Of a DNA stretch of 64,000 nt, positions 47,074 to 61,500 are shown one piece after another. The notes beneath the pieces were generated by a model. The model worked only from the letters and a program-made list of their open reading frames with translations, did not search any database and was not told the DNA's origin. Source of the DNA: Fimbriosthenelais zetlandica (lineage: Eukaryota); the NCBI GenBank assembly GCA_977030845.1, contig OZ365113.1, positions 13,516,001 through 13,580,000 on the forward strand, given 5' to 3'. Each line of letters opens with the position of its first letter. Positions within the stretch are counted from its first letter, which is position 1. The position numbers and the translations under genes are program-made.

Positions 47074-50000
47074 GTAAGAAAAATACATTTTTTAATTGAG
47101 TTGAAGTCTTTAATTAAGAGTGAAAATGGTCCTGATAATCTTGTATATGTCATTTGATTGCTTGTGCTCAAAAATTGAGGTGACAGACTAAATAATTGTG
47201 TAGTGTGTATTGAGACTGTCCCTTGATTCTTCATGTGTTTCTATATTTATTTTCAATATCTAACTGTTCTGTTTGTGCCAGCACAATGTATAAACACCGA
47301 CATGAAGTCTCTGCTTTGAAGTACAAAAGGTATACTTGCATAAGCTGAATAAGTATATAGGTTGTCCAAATTCAGTAATCCATATCGACCTGGCACAATG
47401 CCCCATTTCTATACTACTCACGTTTCTACCTCTATGGGAGACCAACCTGCAGACAGGTAACCTGCTTCACACTTTAAGGTGTTCCACTGTGTTAGAGTAT
47501 TCTGTATAGTTAGCTTACATGTCTGATTATTAATATCATATGGTTATACGTCGGGTTTGAATTAATTCAATGGTTTGAGCATTAACATTGTGAATGTGAA
47601 ATGTTAAAAAATGTAATGCAATATGAAGGTCTCCATCATCTAACTGGCTCTACTAGTACTAAACACATGGTGTCAACTAGTAACTTCAAGTTCAAGTTTA
47701 AGAATGTTTCTCAGGATCTTCTGTTTAGTACTCCGTAAGATCCAATATAGAACCTGACTCAACACTTTCATTATTGTAGGAATATGACAAAACGGTGTTG
47801 ATGGCCAGGACGAGGGGGTGGCGTGCCACGCCCACTTCTTGGTTCATCGGAATGTGTTTTATTAATAATCTATCCTGACATTATACACATCAAAATCTGT
47901 ATTGGTTTCCTACACGTTTCTGTTTGTATAGCAGTTAAAATCGTCGAAGCACCAGCAAAGGTTGCGGTAACACCCACTATACTTGGCGAATAGAAAAATA
48001 TTTAATCCATTGGTCGTCTACGGGTATGTCATTTGCAGAGGCTTTGGGTCGACAGAGGCATTGGCACTTTAGCAATATTATATATATGGAAAGGTTCTAA
48101 GGGAGTTACCCCTCGAGTACCATCCAGTTTGATTGCTGTTTTTATTTTGCTATTAGTTCAGAACTCGTTTGTCCCGGAGTGTAAAGGTTTTCACAAATAT
48201 AATCTCTCATTTAATATAAAGGGAATTTCCATGGCACCTCCAATGCATTCTGTCTACAAGAACTCACTCACTCAACACTATAAGACCCTAGGGTAATCCA
48301 GATTTATATATTATATATCACTCTGGCGCTATACCGCTTCTAACATTAAGCTTTCCCCTCAGTCATCTTTATTGTTTTATCTTCGCCGGTCCGCCTCGTC
48401 AAGGCCTCTGTTAGATAATGGATAAAGCAATAGGTGGTGTGAAGCTATGTGTTGGGTATCATTGGTATGCCAAGTTGGTTGCTCGTGGAACGCCAAGCCG
48501 CCTGTTCGGAACGACCCCTGCCTCTCTACAAAACTGACATCCCACAGTCATCAATATTGACAGCTTTGATTTGCAATAATTTTAATCTGCAACAAATCTG
48601 TAACAAATCTAATAACTACGTTTGCAATTCAGACTGAGACTCAATTTTCATATTGTGACATATTTTCAGCAAAATTCCTGATCCAATGATCAAAGAATTT
48701 TTGGTCAATTTTTGACAAAGAAAACAACTCCCTGAATAATGTGTATGCCGACTATAATCTCGTACCTATTTATGAACTAATGAATTCTTCCTTACGTGTA
48801 GCTAGTTCCTCCTAAAATATTAAATTATTTATAGTCTATTATCAGAGGGTTCACCGATTAAACCCATGGGTTTTATACTAAATATTAAATATACATACCA
48901 ATGCGTTTGATTCACAAAATGGGCCTGCTGCAAATGGACATGGAATGTAGCAGTAAGCTGGATACCTTTATAGAAGTATTACTGTAACTTTGCTGGGCAT
49001 AGATCTGTAAGTTGTCGGGGGTTGCTTCTTGCATAAGGCATGATAAGCATATTATTTGTGTTTAATGGCATTACTATCCATGTGGTCCAAAGCTTCACTC
49101 ATTGATGTGGCTTATACTAGAACAACAATGAGATTATAGGCCAGAGCTCTATAATATTACACAGTTTCTATGTGTAGACATGTATATGTACATATTAGCA
49201 TCCCAGTGCCTCGAGCAAGAACTGATGATGGTTCACCTTCAGCACTGGAGGTGGTGCTCATGTCACATATATATCAGTTGCCCTGCTGGAAGCGTTACAA
49301 ATTCTGACTGACGCAGATCGTCAGAAAGACTAGGGGGACATCGGGTATTAGAAAATATTCACCATTTGTCGAGGATGATGTTTCATTTTAATTATTCTCC
49401 GAAAATAATAAATTTCATAAGTCACAGATGATCAGATATGTCCTGCCATGACTGGTAGGCCTTAGGATATAACCTAATCCCATCATAAAATACTGCCCGC
49501 CGTCAATGATCCCCCATCTTTTAATTGGGACATAAGCCATGAATAAAGCAGTAGTATGCCTCAAAATGCATAGACCAGTTATTGCTAGTTCTCGGTCGGG
49601 CCATTTGCGAACCTGAATGGTCATTTTTTATCACCCAGACTATTATTGCTAGCAGGAAAATGTACAGTGAATTGAGCCATGGTAAATTATGTGGCAGGCA
49701 CCCAAAACCATTGGGAAATGGCCTATGATAGAACCCTGATGTAAAATATGGACTAACGTGGTCCATGGGCAATACAGAGTTTCTATAACTCTCCACCGTC
49801 CTCCATCCCCCTCCAATACATAAACATATAAGTTAAAAAGCTCAATTCCTAAAACGCCTATTACTCATTGGTTATAATGTACCGCTCACCTCAATCCCCT
49901 CACACTCCACCAGAATCAGCATCAAACCGAAATATAATACTAAAGGAAACAGGCTGCTTTCTGTATTCAAATTTATATAATGTACATGTTGTCACGGATC

Positions 50001-50103
50001 AGTGTCACAGTTTATGTCATCCTTTACCATTACTCTAGGTTTAATAATCATAATCAAATAATCATAATCCATGTCGCCATATTCAGTAATATTTATTAAT
50101 CTA

Positions 50104-50352
50104 CAGGGTTCCCGCGCGGCATTAAAAAGTCTTAAATTGGTTTTGAAAAATTTAAGGCCTTAAAAAGTCTTAAATTTGTTGACGTCATTGCCGACAATAT
50201 TACTAACGATTTTTCGATTATTTATCTGGCGATTTTGTCGACTATCCATTGTCAGAAAGTTAGTATTTTAGGTCTTAAAAACGAAGATCATAGGTCTTAA
50301 AAAGTCTTAAAAAAGTCTTAAATTTTATCATCTCCGAACCGCGGGAACCCTG
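50104..50352. mobile_element. Non-autonomous DNA transposon (MITE) with perfect 13-bp TIRs, hAT-like
   Basis: CAGGGTTCCCGCG...CGCGGGAACCCTG; four AAAGTCTTAAA subterminal repeats; flanks ATCTA/TTCTA. Confidence 0.85.
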
Positions 50353-53300
50353 TTCTACCTGTCTATGTTTTCCTAACTTCCCCACTTTATGTTTATATAA
50401 CAATTATTAAGGTATGTCTTCCCTGCTTCACAGACATGCCATGCTGGTGGTAATCCACACACCTGAAGCCAGCATGGCATAGATCTGAGGAATTAGCATC
50501 ATAGCATTGTTTATGTAACCTATTGTAAGTGATAGGGGTTGGGATGCTATGCCCCCACCCTCTTATCACCAGCTCCACTATATAAGGTCCTGTACACCTC
50601 TGTCAGGCAGTTAGTTCTCCATCATCTCATCTTCATCTTACACACAACCTCACTCTACCATTATACACCATACTGTACACATCATAAGAGCTACATTAAA
50701 ACTACGATATACTTCACATTGGAATCATCTTATATTGTGTCATATAACAGTCACAATGTTTTCGGGTTTGGGGTTCTTGACTGACTCTGGCTTCATGTTT
50801 TCCATATTGTTATTGCTTCAAAATTATAATGACTGGATAAAGTGGAACTTATTACATGTGTTGTAGTAAATCATGATATGAACCTGACGTGACCGAATGC
50901 ATGTGGTGACACCAGATGGTATGGAAGGTACTGGTCTCGCTGAGTACTGTCTCACCTAGTTGGCCGTAGTGATGCTGCTGCATCAGCACACCATTCCTAG
51001 ATGGAAATCCAATTGTTAGATGAATGGTTCCTCCACCCTCAAATCGGCTACTAGGCGAATAGAAAGACTGCCTTGAGCGTCACTGGGGCACGAACCACAA
51101 GGGAGTCTGGAGCGGCCACATTGAATAAGTTCTTTAGCCAAGTCTATAATAGGATTAACCATTCTATTTGCATGGTATCTGAGCACTGTCTAAATATTTT
51201 ATTATTTGGTTCCATTTCCACGATTCTTCATGCCCTGCTGGCAGAGGAATGAAGAAGTGATTATAATGCTAGTAGTACATAGAAAGTGATACATGCCACA
51301 GTGTGCATGTATACATAGAAGTTGCATGCAGATGATTAGATTGTGTAATGTTATATTTGGCATTGAGTGTTGATATTGACTAAGTCTCTGACCTTAACAG
51401 ACCAGACTTTGGACCAGGACCATCTCTTTATTGACTGGTTTGAAGCTGAGCACAATAAACGGTCTAGTGTGGTATTTTGGTATGCAGAATCACCCGCTCT
51501 CCACTACCCCAGCCTACATATACCCATGTCTAATTTGCTATCAATCCACTTATACCAACATACAAATGAAAGACTGACCAGACTCTTAACTGCTGAATGT
51601 GATTGCACTAGCCCTCTGTGCTATAATTAGACCAGCTCTGGGTGCCTACAGTTGACTGTCATTATATATATACAACTAAAAGCCTTGCTTCATGACTTAG
51701 CTCTTATCTGCTCCGGAAAGAAAAAGCATGGCAAGAGCCCTATAGCTGGACCAGTGTTGATAAGGTATTCATCAGGCTCTTCCCTGCTACAATCTGGCAA
51801 GGCCACAATCGGCAACTTAAAGCTGGAACCGCTTGTTGGTGAATGTTTCTTTGCTGACAAGCGGGCCGAACCCTCCATCACAACAGAATGGGGGAGGGAC
51901 AGGTCCCGTACCACCATGCCAAGAAGGATGGATCACCCTATAGCTACTGGTCAATATTTATGACAAAGCAGTTTGTGGGCTTGACATGAGCTGAGTGGAA
52001 ATTCAGTCAGGGATAGAGTCGGGCCCGGAAATGTGTCTGACACTAATGGCCCTTTAGTTTTTTTTGTGGGAAGTGCATGTTTAAGTGTTTTCTATGACAA
52101 GTGAATTTGATATTTCCTTAGAGTAGAATTTGACTCTAAGATATTTCCAAGCTCTGATTATTATTCAGAGGGTAAAAGAATCCCGTCTTGAAATAGGATC
52201 CTGGATTGTGCAGGTGCAATTGGGGGTGTTTAAGTCCACAGGGACAATACTACTGTGAGATTTGATGAGGGCCAGGCTGGGCTTTTGCTCCTCCAGTATG
52301 CAACCCACGCCTCAGAGATTGCTATGGTCGGGGGCATCTGGGTTGAATAGTCACTCATGACGGCTCAGGTTGCATCTTCACTATCTGAGCTGCTCATTTC
52401 TAAGTCCTTGCTCTGTCTGGCATATGAGAGCCCTTCAGCCGGCTTATGTCTTGTATTTCTACTTTTGAGCCTTCTCCATGGGAATAATAAAGAACATGCC
52501 CTGAAAAAAAAATACACAACGAGAAAGGGCATTTTAGAGCCAAATCTGACTAGGAAATTGTTCTGGAAGATTCTTTATTTCCCTTTCCAAAGCGAGGTTA
52601 GGAATGCGGCGTATAAGGAACGACAGCCATTGTAATTTAACCGAACAAGAAAACTCTTTGGTCTGACTCTCTTTTACTTCAAACTAAGGTGGGACTTTTA
52701 AAGCCTTTCTGTCTATTAGTGTGAGGTGGAGGTTGTAGTCTGGTTGAGAGCTGGCCAGCCTCTATTGACCTGCTACAAAAAGACAGTAACTTCGCTCGTG
52801 GACAAGGCTAAATAACACAGCTGCAAGCATTTGTCATTTGTGGAGGACATCGGGAGGCTGCTCCCACCCACTTAGGACAAATGAAGAATGTCTGCTTGCA
52901 GACAATATATTGTCTACTGGCTGATGTTTGCAGTTACCAGAAAAAAAATATACATAGGATCCACCTATTCATTGTCATAGAAAAACTGACAGTTAGGATA
53001 CAAGTCACTGATTGCGTTGGCTCCATGCATCCGCCATGGGACTGGTTCAATTCATGATATATCTGAGTGAAGGGATGTATGATCAAAGGCCACATATAAT
53101 TATTATAAAAGGGAGCTGTTTAGGTCTGTCTCAGTCTCTCAGAGCTTCCTGTCATGCCACTCATGGAACATACATGTACAAGCTCACTCATTCAACCTTA
53201 CCTCATCTTGTGATTGACATCCCTGCCTACCCCTCCTCCCACCACCAACACCCACACCAGTCTGCTCAGGTAATATGGATTGTTTTAAGGGTGGCTGCGT

Positions 53301-54499
53301 TTTCACCGAAGATTAATTGAGCTGCCGAGACTGGAGATTAAACGGACGGCTGGGTCGATAGTTAGTCGAGTGAGTGGCTTGGCCCTGCTCATGGGAGGTG
53401 CTTGAGATCAACCTCTGACTGAATCCATCAGCTTTACTACTTTAATTCACACCTGAGCCGATTTAAGAAATTCCTCTTTTTATGCCTGAAAATTGTAATA
53501 ATATACATTATGTATGACTGCAGCAAATCTAAGAATAGTCTCAGGAATAGCAATTTTGGATCTTGGGTTACAGTGATGTGCCACTGAGAGCCTAATCAAT
53601 GAATGAAATCCATTACCAATATGGCTGCTCCGGCGATTTTACCAGGAGAGATTTGATTTCTCAATTGATCCAGGGTTTCCTGGAGATTTTCGATTTGGTG
53701 GGGGGTTATGCGAGTTGGGTGGACTGGGCAGGAGGCAGTAACGTGATAGCGGAATATTTTATCCTTGAAGTTTCTTATCTTGGATTTGTGGAAGGGGATG
53801 AGATGTGGCATGCCTGGATAATTATAATGGCCATGTAAGAGACCCCCAGCCGGCCTCTCCCTTCTTCGATGAAGATAATTCTAGTCAAATATCTTTCCTT
53901 TGTGGAGATATTTAATAATATTTTATGTTGAGTTGTAAAGCTAGATTTCCCCACTTGTGTTGTATTTAGGTCTACACCACTGAATTATATTCAGATTATG
54001 AGATAGACTACTTCTCCTTTAACCAAGCGCCTGACATCCATGGCTTCCATAAAACCTCATGAAAGGCGCAGAATATATGAAGCAGGCAGCCCCCGCTCGC
54101 TATTTATGACGTCCTGCTTGACATCCTTTTGTTTTCTTCCCTTTGCCCGTAGGAGATTCTCCTCCAAGGCATTGTGAATTGACCTCAGGACAGGGCACCA
54201 GACGCCTACAACCCAGGAGCGTATTGTTAGGTAGAGGATCATCAATAATCCCCTGTTACTAGGCAACACAATGGATAATCCTATGGTAGGGTCTGGCTCC
54301 CCCTATTGTGTGACGAAAGCCGTACCCTCTCCTGCCAGGACCTGCTTATCTCAGTATGAATCTACCTCCGTTCTTTGAATACATCACATGATATCTTATT
54401 TTCACCGCGTGTTTTTACCCGGCTTCCACCACGTTGAAGTATCCCAGACAACTATAAAATGCCCATAATCCATGACTATATAGATGACCCATGATCCAT

Positions 54500-56900
54500 G
54501 ATTATAGCCATAATGCTCCACTTATTTGGAGATATGTACGTACAATTCGCTATTCTGGGTAATGGTTTCTGAGTCTTGCACATTGTATTCATGAAGAATA
54601 TTGAATTCGTATTGTATTCATTTTCCAGTTGTTTGGTTCTATCTAGTCAGTTAATGAATTGTTCATTTCTCAAGTTCATATGTTTTCCAGTGTCAATGAC
54701 ACTCACTCATATTATACTGCCCAGCTTTTCCAGCAATGACAGAATAGCGGATTCAACAGCTAATACTAAATAGACAAAACCCAAAGAGATATGAAAGCAT
54801 CGTTAGATTTCATGACTATCCATTGTGAGACAAGAGGAAATGATCAGTCCTGACTACACGGACAATGCTATCTTTCACTCTTCTCGATAACGATGCAGAG
54901 CTCTATACCAAGCGTCATTTGAAAATCATTTGAGCTACTATGGAAAGTAAATCGTAACGTTTAATCTGACAATATTCATTCAGACGCACTGTGAAGTGTC
55001 CATTTGCCAGTTGTCTCTCAAGCCAAATTGTCCCACAGTGGGTTCCATGATGTTCCAATCACAAGAATTTTTTTCTGTTCAAGTTATGGAATTATGGTTA
55101 TATTTGATTTCCCATACATTACTGTCAGATATGCCATATCTTTCCGCTTGTTGCATTTGCTTCCCGGTCGACTTGGCCATTTCAACATAATCTCTGCTTT
55201 TCCGCGCTCTTCTTGTTCCTCATTTTTCATGTGAAGTGAGATCGCAGTGCAGAAAAAATGTGATTTCAATTGGCACTCTTCATTTAGTCATTGCCTGGTC
55301 TCACTTTGGCTTTCAAACTTTAGAGATTTGTCCTTGCTGGGCAATTTGTAGCTTGTCCAATAATAAGTTTTTTTATATAAAAGCCATCTTCGTTTGTTAG
55401 GCAATAATTGGGCTGGGAATGGAACTATGGACATCCCCGCTTCTTCATTACATTTGTATTTTAAGTTAATCGAAGGACGAGAAGATCGGACACGTGATTT
55501 CATATCTTTAAAACTATACACTGAGAAACTACCATGAAATTAATGATATTCTAATAGTAACAAGTGTAAGAGAAAAAGTGCTGACAGAGAAGAAGTGAAT
55601 CATATTATAATATCTATGAATGAATCATTGAAATGAATTGGTTGGCTACAGAATGCTGGAATTAGGCTTGCTGTTATGCGTCCCCTTCGATTCTTCAATT
55701 GCTCTGGCCTTTGCTCCTCGAGCTGGGACTCTATTCACTGGAAATGGCCAGTCTCTCCATTGGGTAATACTTTCACTGGGCATTGAACGCGTCCACCAAT
55801 ATACTCTGGCGTCATCATGCAGGCCCATTTTCTACGAAATTATCTGCCAATATCTTGGCTCTATTGATTTTGCAACAGCATACTCTAATCTTGCCTAAGG
55901 AAGTCTGAATATAATGGGTCTCCAAGGGGCTCAATTCTATGTCTTGAAGAGCTTCAGTGTCCATTTGCCAGTTGTTCTCATCTCGTTTGCAAGCATATAT
56001 TGACCATCTTTGTCTATCTCCATACTGAGCCCTGCCCTCAACGACCTACCATCAATTATAATCAGGAATTCTTCCCTCAATAACCCCATGTCTTCTAAAT
56101 GCCTGACTGCAAATGGCTGTGCAGAAGTCTCCATTTTCCATGTGAAGCACATGGCAATTTATTGCTCTGCGATAATGAGAAGTGGCTGTAAAAGAGGGCC
56201 GCCTGTCAGTGGCGGCTGTAACCACCTAACAAACCATTAGGCCGTAATTTTATTAGTATTTGTCACAAAATATCCCATATTTACAATAGATGGAAATGAA
56301 GATGGCCTGGGGATATCAGTCAAACGCTTCTGTGTGCTCTCCGTGTCCCAACCTTCATTTTTCTTCTCGCACTTGTAGTTTTCTTTCCACCCGTATTTTT
56401 AGCTAAATTTCTTTGGAGTTTATTCAGCCAGAGTCGAACAATTTCCTCGTTAGTTGAGTCATTGTCCAATGCTTCTTTCCCATATGTTGATTCATAATCA
56501 TACCAAACCTTGTGGAAAACGATGCTTTCTTCAGACTTCTCATAAATATTTCTATGCAAGCTTCCCACTAATGATCCATTCAAGAGACCTGTCTGCAAAT
56601 ACTCGGTAATAAAGGTGTGACTTTTATGCATAGTGCTTAACAGATAATGTGAGCAGGGAGCTGTCTGTATATAAGATAGAAGCCAGGCATGGTACATGTA
56701 TGTATTCTTATCACACAAGGCGCTGACAGTGGTTATGATGAAGCCCAAATCTGCATAACATTGTACTGCTATCTGGATAAACTTGCCAATGTCTACAGTT
56801 ATTATCAACATTTTATATACATGCAGAGCCACTGGAGAGGAGGAGTGTATGGGCGAAATGTCCTCCAAATATTCCACAACGGTTGGCCACCAATGCAGAT
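54500..56900 (-). pseudogene. Decayed coding relic, probably transposon-derived, inside CADPS intron 1
   Basis: Series of broken minus-strand ORFs including 185 aa at 56320..56877; HTH-like peptide AERYGISDSNVWEIK (55103-55147); two diverged LHMxN...NWQMDT modules; family not identified, boundaries approximate. Confidence 0.35.
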
Positions 56901-58529
56901 AAATGACCTCAGTGGATAAACATAGTAAAAAGTGGGGTGGTTGGGCTTTAAATGCACTGATTTAGAAGGGGGATCCACTCCCATTCACAACTCCCTAAAT
57001 CTGCCACGGGGTATAAAGGCTAGTCTATTGCCTGCATTATGGGAGCAGCTCTGAACTAGCTGGAGCAGCATCTGTTACTGGACTCATAAAGAGCAGTCAG
57101 GCAGGCAGCACAAACAAACGTTCATCCTTCCTCTACTCCTTCCACCGTCCTAAACACCATGCTGCAAACTGTCCCACTACCCACCGTGGCCAAAGACTAT
57201 AGAACCAGAGTCAATAGTTTCACTTGGCCTGCACTCCAGGCACTAGTACTGTAATAGTGCATTGTATTCAATATGTCCTCCTTTCGTGGGATCGAAGATA
57301 GAGCACAAATTTATCCTCACACTGAGCATTCATTCACCCATCCTTCATCTTCATTTGGGAGTTTATCCCAGGGAAACGTCCCACTAATAATTCCTGCTGG
57401 GGCCGCCATTTTGCATCATTAATCACTTAACTCTGACAAGTCTCATTTATCACGAAGCCAAGAAAACCATTTTCTTTGCAACTGTACCCCTTGATTGGGT
57501 TACTTACATTTACCATTGTCTGGCACTGTTGGTGGGAAGGATACTTATGGAATTGGTATTGTATATTATCCGTGCAGGAAACTTGTTGGTGAGGATTTTA
57601 ATCAGGCGAATAGCTCTGTGGGTGAGGCTTACTAGGTCAGATGAGCCGCATTACATGACATCACAGGGGACTCGTCTACATGTCCATGTAACCCCATGTG
57701 TTACCTACCCCACCCCCCTCCCCCACCCCACCCCCCTCCCCTCCCCACCATACAATCAACAATGCACTTGTGCAGAGATTATTATATTATCTTTCTTACA
57801 TAACAGCTTCTCAATGTACAATGTATTACTGATTGCGAGAGTGTTGGGGATATGTGAGGGTATGGTTGCTTACGCAGGAAGAAGCCAATCCGTAACTAAA
57901 GATACATACTCATGAATATTCTACTTATAACACTGAGAACATTAATTATTTCCAGTGGGACGGACGGAAGTTAACTTCTATGAATTAACTGGTATTCATT
58001 GTAAATCGATTTCAGGGGTCTTCCTCCAAAATAAACAACTTTTCATTATGTCATAGATGTTCGATGCATTTGACATAAGGTAGTAGTATAGGAAAGGTAA
58101 AGTTTTATTCTGGCTTGCAGCAAGTGAATCCAGCTATTGATTCATGGAAGTTGTATACTGAAACTGGACATGTACTCAGGCGCCAAGAACGCTGCCTTGT
58201 TGGCTTAGTAAAGTGATTGGTGCTTGGTTTTATCCTTGGTCTGAGCAAGATGTGGTTGTGGTGTTTGGGGGAGAAGGAGTGCGAGGTTTCTTACCAAAAG
58301 GAGCACGGCCTCCATCCATTGAGATCACAATCCACTTTGACAGCATTAAAGGGATTAAATTCAGCTGCAGCCCCTTGCCATTTATCCTATCCGATAGCAG
58401 ATGGTATAAAGGCTGTTGTGTATTTCTTCTGTGAGTGCCCGTCTGGGCAGTCATTATTAGTATAGGTGGTTTGAAGCTAACTTCAAGTTCTTCAACTCTC
58501 CCTATCATTTCAACTCAAGGTTTTGGAAT

Positions 58530-58571
58530 GTGTAATCGTATTCTTGGCATGTGTAATAGTATTCTTGGCAT
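58530..58571 (+). repeat. 21-bp tandem duplication
   Basis: GTGTAAT(C/A)GTATTCTTGGCAT twice. Confidence 0.9.
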
Positions 58572-61500
58572 CTTGGGTTTGAACTTTTTGCTCTGGTCAA
58601 GAAGCAACACAAGTAAAGGTACATACTGACATAGGTGACCAGTCACTCTTACTTGCCATACTTTACTATTTCACATAAGAATCGCCACATCAGCCACAAT
58701 CAATATACATTCCCCGCATGACAAACAGGGTCAGTGCCCTAAAGGCATTGCGTGATTAGATGGTCTGTTAAAATGAGGTCTAACTTAGATTTCTGATGTT
58801 ATGCAATGAATTCCACGTTAACGGAATGTGGATAATTTAATATACATTCACTTTTACCCTATTTTTTGTTGTAATATTTGCCATGCAAGCTGTAGCTTAT
58901 GATGTGGATGATCATCCTCTGTTTATGATATTTCCCTACCCCTGTAGTGAGATGTAGCTTGTCTGCAGATTGTTTACGGACTGTGTTCAGTTCATTATGA
59001 TCGTCCAGGGACGGTGGTGGGCCGTCCCCGGCCATGGGTCGCTTCATGCGCCTGGCTGACCATTCACACTGGAGGAGTGAGAGTCACGGTGGATGGCGGT
59101 AATTGACACCTGATACTTTACTTCTCATGGTTCCCCTTCCCGACTGTTCCTTCTACATATAAAAAACGCATCATTGTGAGAGTTTATCCTTTGTTTATTT
59201 TGAAGAGAGTAACAAAAAAAGGCTTACCATCAAAGATACTAGTTGAGAGAGTCATATTTGCATTTCTAATTCTAAATGACTTTAAGGCTGTGTTTGAAAA
59301 GATATGTGGGAAAAATAGAGTGAGATAGAGAGAGGGAGAGCTGCTCAGGTAAAACAATGGGCGTGCTGCTGCTCCTACCCTTATCATCACTAGGACCACT
59401 ATCTGTTACACTTATAGTGCTGTTTGCTGATACTCACTGAGCTAAACATTACCAGGTTCAGGTAACTGATGAAAAACAAAAAGATAAAATGACTTATACT
59501 TTCTGCTTGTCAAAATGCCCGACCAAGTAAAGGCATCATTTCCGGTTGATTTTCTCTGATCTCTCTTACTCCTGAACCGTACTGTAAAATAGACAAGTCA
59601 GCAGACTCTTATGACCCTCTCTAAAAGCCCTCCCACTCAATCCCTCCGCCTCTCATTATGCCTCGACAGTTGCTTTTTCCCTCTGATGAAATCTTTTGAG
59701 AGTGGGAGCGTTCCAAGGACACAGGCTGCCCACGCAACCTGTATACGCAATATTGCCTCCGATTTGAATCAATCAAGCATACAATAGCCCTGTATCACAT
59801 TCTCCTCCTGTTTATCCCCTTTCCCATTTATTAGGCTAAGATCCACTAAAAGGTTGTAACCAAAGCACCATAGCATAAGGTCAACTTTTATAATTTGTTC
59901 TCTGCTCACATGTCATTTATCATTGCCATTGATATACCTGTTAAGCTATAGTACGTATACTTACCCTCGTTTCGCTTTCCCCATCAATTAGGCTGGATCT
60001 AATTCAGCTTCATTACCGTTTGACATAACAGATGGCCTTCCAATTGGATTGCAGCTTTAAATATTCAGCTAGCCCAACTGTGGGGGCCCTGAGGTTATCT
60101 ATTTGTAAGGACTGATTATCACAACCACACATAGTATATCCATTATATATTCTGCCTGTAATTTAACATAAGATTAAGGGACTTTTGCCATTGGGGGCAA
60201 ACTTTTATCATTAAAGCCAACTGTTGGCTGACCCTGTGGCAATGGGTCTACGTTGGCAATGGAGGCTGACCCTTTGATCATATTATATATACTACTACTA
60301 GGATTTAATGCTTTATGGATTCGTCTTTATTATAAGCCCTGTAAACAGGAAAATGCAAAAACAATTTAGATTTGCAAAAATGGAGGACTTGATCCCTATG
60401 GTCTTCCGTCTGGAAAGTCCTGTCCAGTTGTCAAAGCTAAAAGAGAGCGTTGAAGCCGCCGTGAGGGGAGCATTTGAATCATACATGTATACTCTGTGAC
60501 AACGTGTGAGCAAATCAGCAAGTTGACCCATAGACGGTAACGCATGTTGAACCTATGGGTAATACTGGTGAACATAGTGGTGGGAGTGAGGCAGCTGGTG
60601 CAGAGTATGTAAACTGTCCACCCCCCGTCTTTATGATGCCACCTAGGCTCGCTCCTGCACCACCGACTCCCCTTGAGTCCCTTTTATTGACAATGGATCT
60701 CTCTGAAGTTGCCCTCATTCATACAATAAACATTTTACGTCCAGCCATTTGTATTCTGCTTGGGACTTCTTCCTGTACATAACAATAACAATAGGTGTTG
60801 TTGTTCCCCCCTAAAACTGACTACACACAAGAGACAGCGAGTAAGATGGCATATATTCCTTATGTCAGAAAGGCTAGCCAGTGCAATACTTTTCAGTGGT
60901 GATATTACTGTTAAACAAACATGTGTGGTTGTAACTTAAAGTAATACAGTATGATTACACTACAGTTATTGCGGAAAACAATATTGCAGTATTTACATAT
61001 TTACTCATAAAATGTGTATCAGCTTTTATACCATAGAAGATTCGTAGTCCTGATCCAGCGCTGAATAAATCAATCTGAATCCTGGACTCACCAAAGCTCA
61101 CTAAAACTTAATACAAATTTCTGTTGGAAAACCAAGTAATATCCATATACCTACACGTATAGGCTCTAGCTTCTATCATCCATTTTGAGAGCATATCGAT
61201 TACTCAAGATTCATCCTGTTACTTCTTAATATGCCTCCATTAATATTTGGCATAACAAACTGTCAATTCGTAAAGGATTAGAGCAGAGGGAGAAAAACAT
61301 GTTGAAAAGATCAGTCTCTTGGTCCTTTTACCAAGATTGATGCCTCCCAGAGACGGTGGCGCTTAAATGTGCACCTTAGAATAATGTATTGCATGTATAA
61401 CCGCCTTGCACTCAAGACCAAAAAGGGTTTATCTTAGTGCAGCGGGATTACAAAATAAAAAATGTCATTGCCTGCCTGCCACAGTCCTGCCTCTCCATCA

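Noticed and set aside
52510-52560. Short stretch (GCATTTTAGAGCCAAATCTGAC) recalling a bivalve interspersed repeat
   Set aside because: Too short, and the resemblance is from memory only.
53596-53838. ORF pair with a faint resemblance to a LINE endonuclease (…LQETLDQL…AILVMDF)
   Set aside because: Similarity too weak, catalytic motifs absent and no adjacent reverse-transcriptase sequence.
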